Shown here: positions 62,898 to 64,000 of the stretch, piece after piece
Numbering within the stretch: the first letter of the stretch is position 1
How the letters are laid out: the number at the start of each line of letters is the position of its first letter
Source: Diplonema japonicum
Taxonomy: Eukaryota; Protista; Euglenozoa: Diplonemea
Length of the DNA stretch: 64,000 nucleotides
NCBI GenBank assembly: GCA_964019335.1
Contig: OZ025684.1
Location: 372,001 to 436,000 of the forward strand
Direction of reading: 5' to 3'
Position numbers and translations under genes: made by a program
Notes under the pieces: generated by a model
The model's input: only the letters and a program-made list of their open reading frames with translations
What the model was told of the DNA's origin: nothing
The model's database searches: none

Positions 62898-64000
62898 ACA
62901 GTTTTTTCTTCATTCGAATGCAAAAAAAAAACCTGTAGACTTGTCAAGTAAAGGATGTACTTTACAATATTATTTTAATTTTTGTTTATTATTAAAGGGG
63001 GGGGGGGGGGGGGCGAATAATTCCCTCCCAAATAATGTGTTTTTTCCCTAATAATTCTTTTTTTTTTTTTTTCGGGGACTTTTCCGCTCCAAATTTCCCA
63101 AATAATTTCCCGACCCCCTTTCTTTTTTTTTTGCTGGCGATTCAGACCTCCTGCCATTTTGGGTTAGGGGGGGCTGTGACATGCCCCAAACAGCCGAGGC
63201 GGGATGTTGGTTGATGACTGCCGTAGGTAGGGCAGGCAATTGAGAAGGTCATGCAACTGCTCAACACCTTTAGCTGTATGCAGTCTCGCGGCTACCTTCC
63301 AGGTAGTTCCGAGGAGACACAGCGGGATCAGCTAAGAGCACTTAGCGAAGTAAGCATTTTGAAGGAGTGGGACAAGGAGCCGGACTTTAGACAGTGCAGC
63401 ACAGAACGTTGTTGCGGGTGTGCCAGCCTCCCAAACCTTTGCAGCTTCTCAAGCCCTGACAGATTCTCAAGCCTCTCAGAGCCCCTGCACCCCAGCAACC
63501 ACCTAATGCCAAAACCAGGTGGTTTGTCTGCAACGTTTGTGGGTTCTCCACAGCCTGGGAGAACAACTGTTTAAAATTTCCCTTAGGAAAAAAGGGCATG
63601 AAAAAAATCTTGGCATGATGGCATGTTAAAACTTCTGAAGTACTCTAAGCCCCGCTCTCTGCTTTCCATGTAACGTTGGCAGGCCCCCAGCCCAAACAAG
63701 TACAACCCAAATAAGTGTATTCTAAACAATTCTTTTTTTTTGGAGCCCAAACACTCCCCCCTCCACTGCCCAAATAAAGGGATTATTCGGGGGGGGGGGG
63801 GGGCCTTTATTATTATTATTTTTTTTTTTTTTTGCTTTTGCAGTGTTTTCCCACAGTATCAAGTTGAAAAAAATTCAAAGTACAGGACAAGCCCCCCTGC
63901 TAGAGGGCCGCCCTAAAAAAAAAAAAAGAAATTGCGTGTTGGCCCTGTCTAGACCTGACCAATCACCAAAAATCGCAATAGAGCAAACACTACTTTTCCA

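Noticed and set aside
63251-63574. 107-aa plus-strand ORF
   Set aside because: Opposite to the gene cluster with no recognisable motif; possibly an element remnant.

Overview
This is eukaryotic genomic DNA, most likely a euglenozoan and probably a diplonemid. That inference rests on all 19 credible genes lying on the minus strand, near-absence of introns, a trypanosomatid-type receptor adenylate cyclase and a euglenozoan-like 18S fragment. The genes encode a mucin-like surface protein, a PDZ/WW/UVR-like protein, a Cys-repeat surface protein, a 5'-nucleotidase-like/adenylate cyclase fusion, two ubiquitin-like+ankyrin proteins, an uncharacterised coiled-coil protein, a glutamate-receptor-like channel, dCMP deaminase, an EGF-rich multi-TM protein, a beta-helix protein, a WSC protein, a GH5-like pseudoenzyme, DGAT2, TsaA/TRMO, DUF1295, an IFI27-like protein, a GT-A glycosyltransferase with a PAN domain and a CCCH protein. 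Intergenic DNA is homopolymer-rich and packed with short repeats. The most unusual signal is a set of 5'-truncated non-LTR retroelement families, all co-oriented with the genes. Most copies end in oligo(T) rather than poly(A) on their sense strand, two families share a covarying 3' stem-loop, several are chained head-to-tail, and one carries an 18S rRNA piece. Also present are a ~110-bp structured SINE-like family, piggyBac remnants and a long palindrome. All family assignments come from motif recognition by eye; no searches were run.
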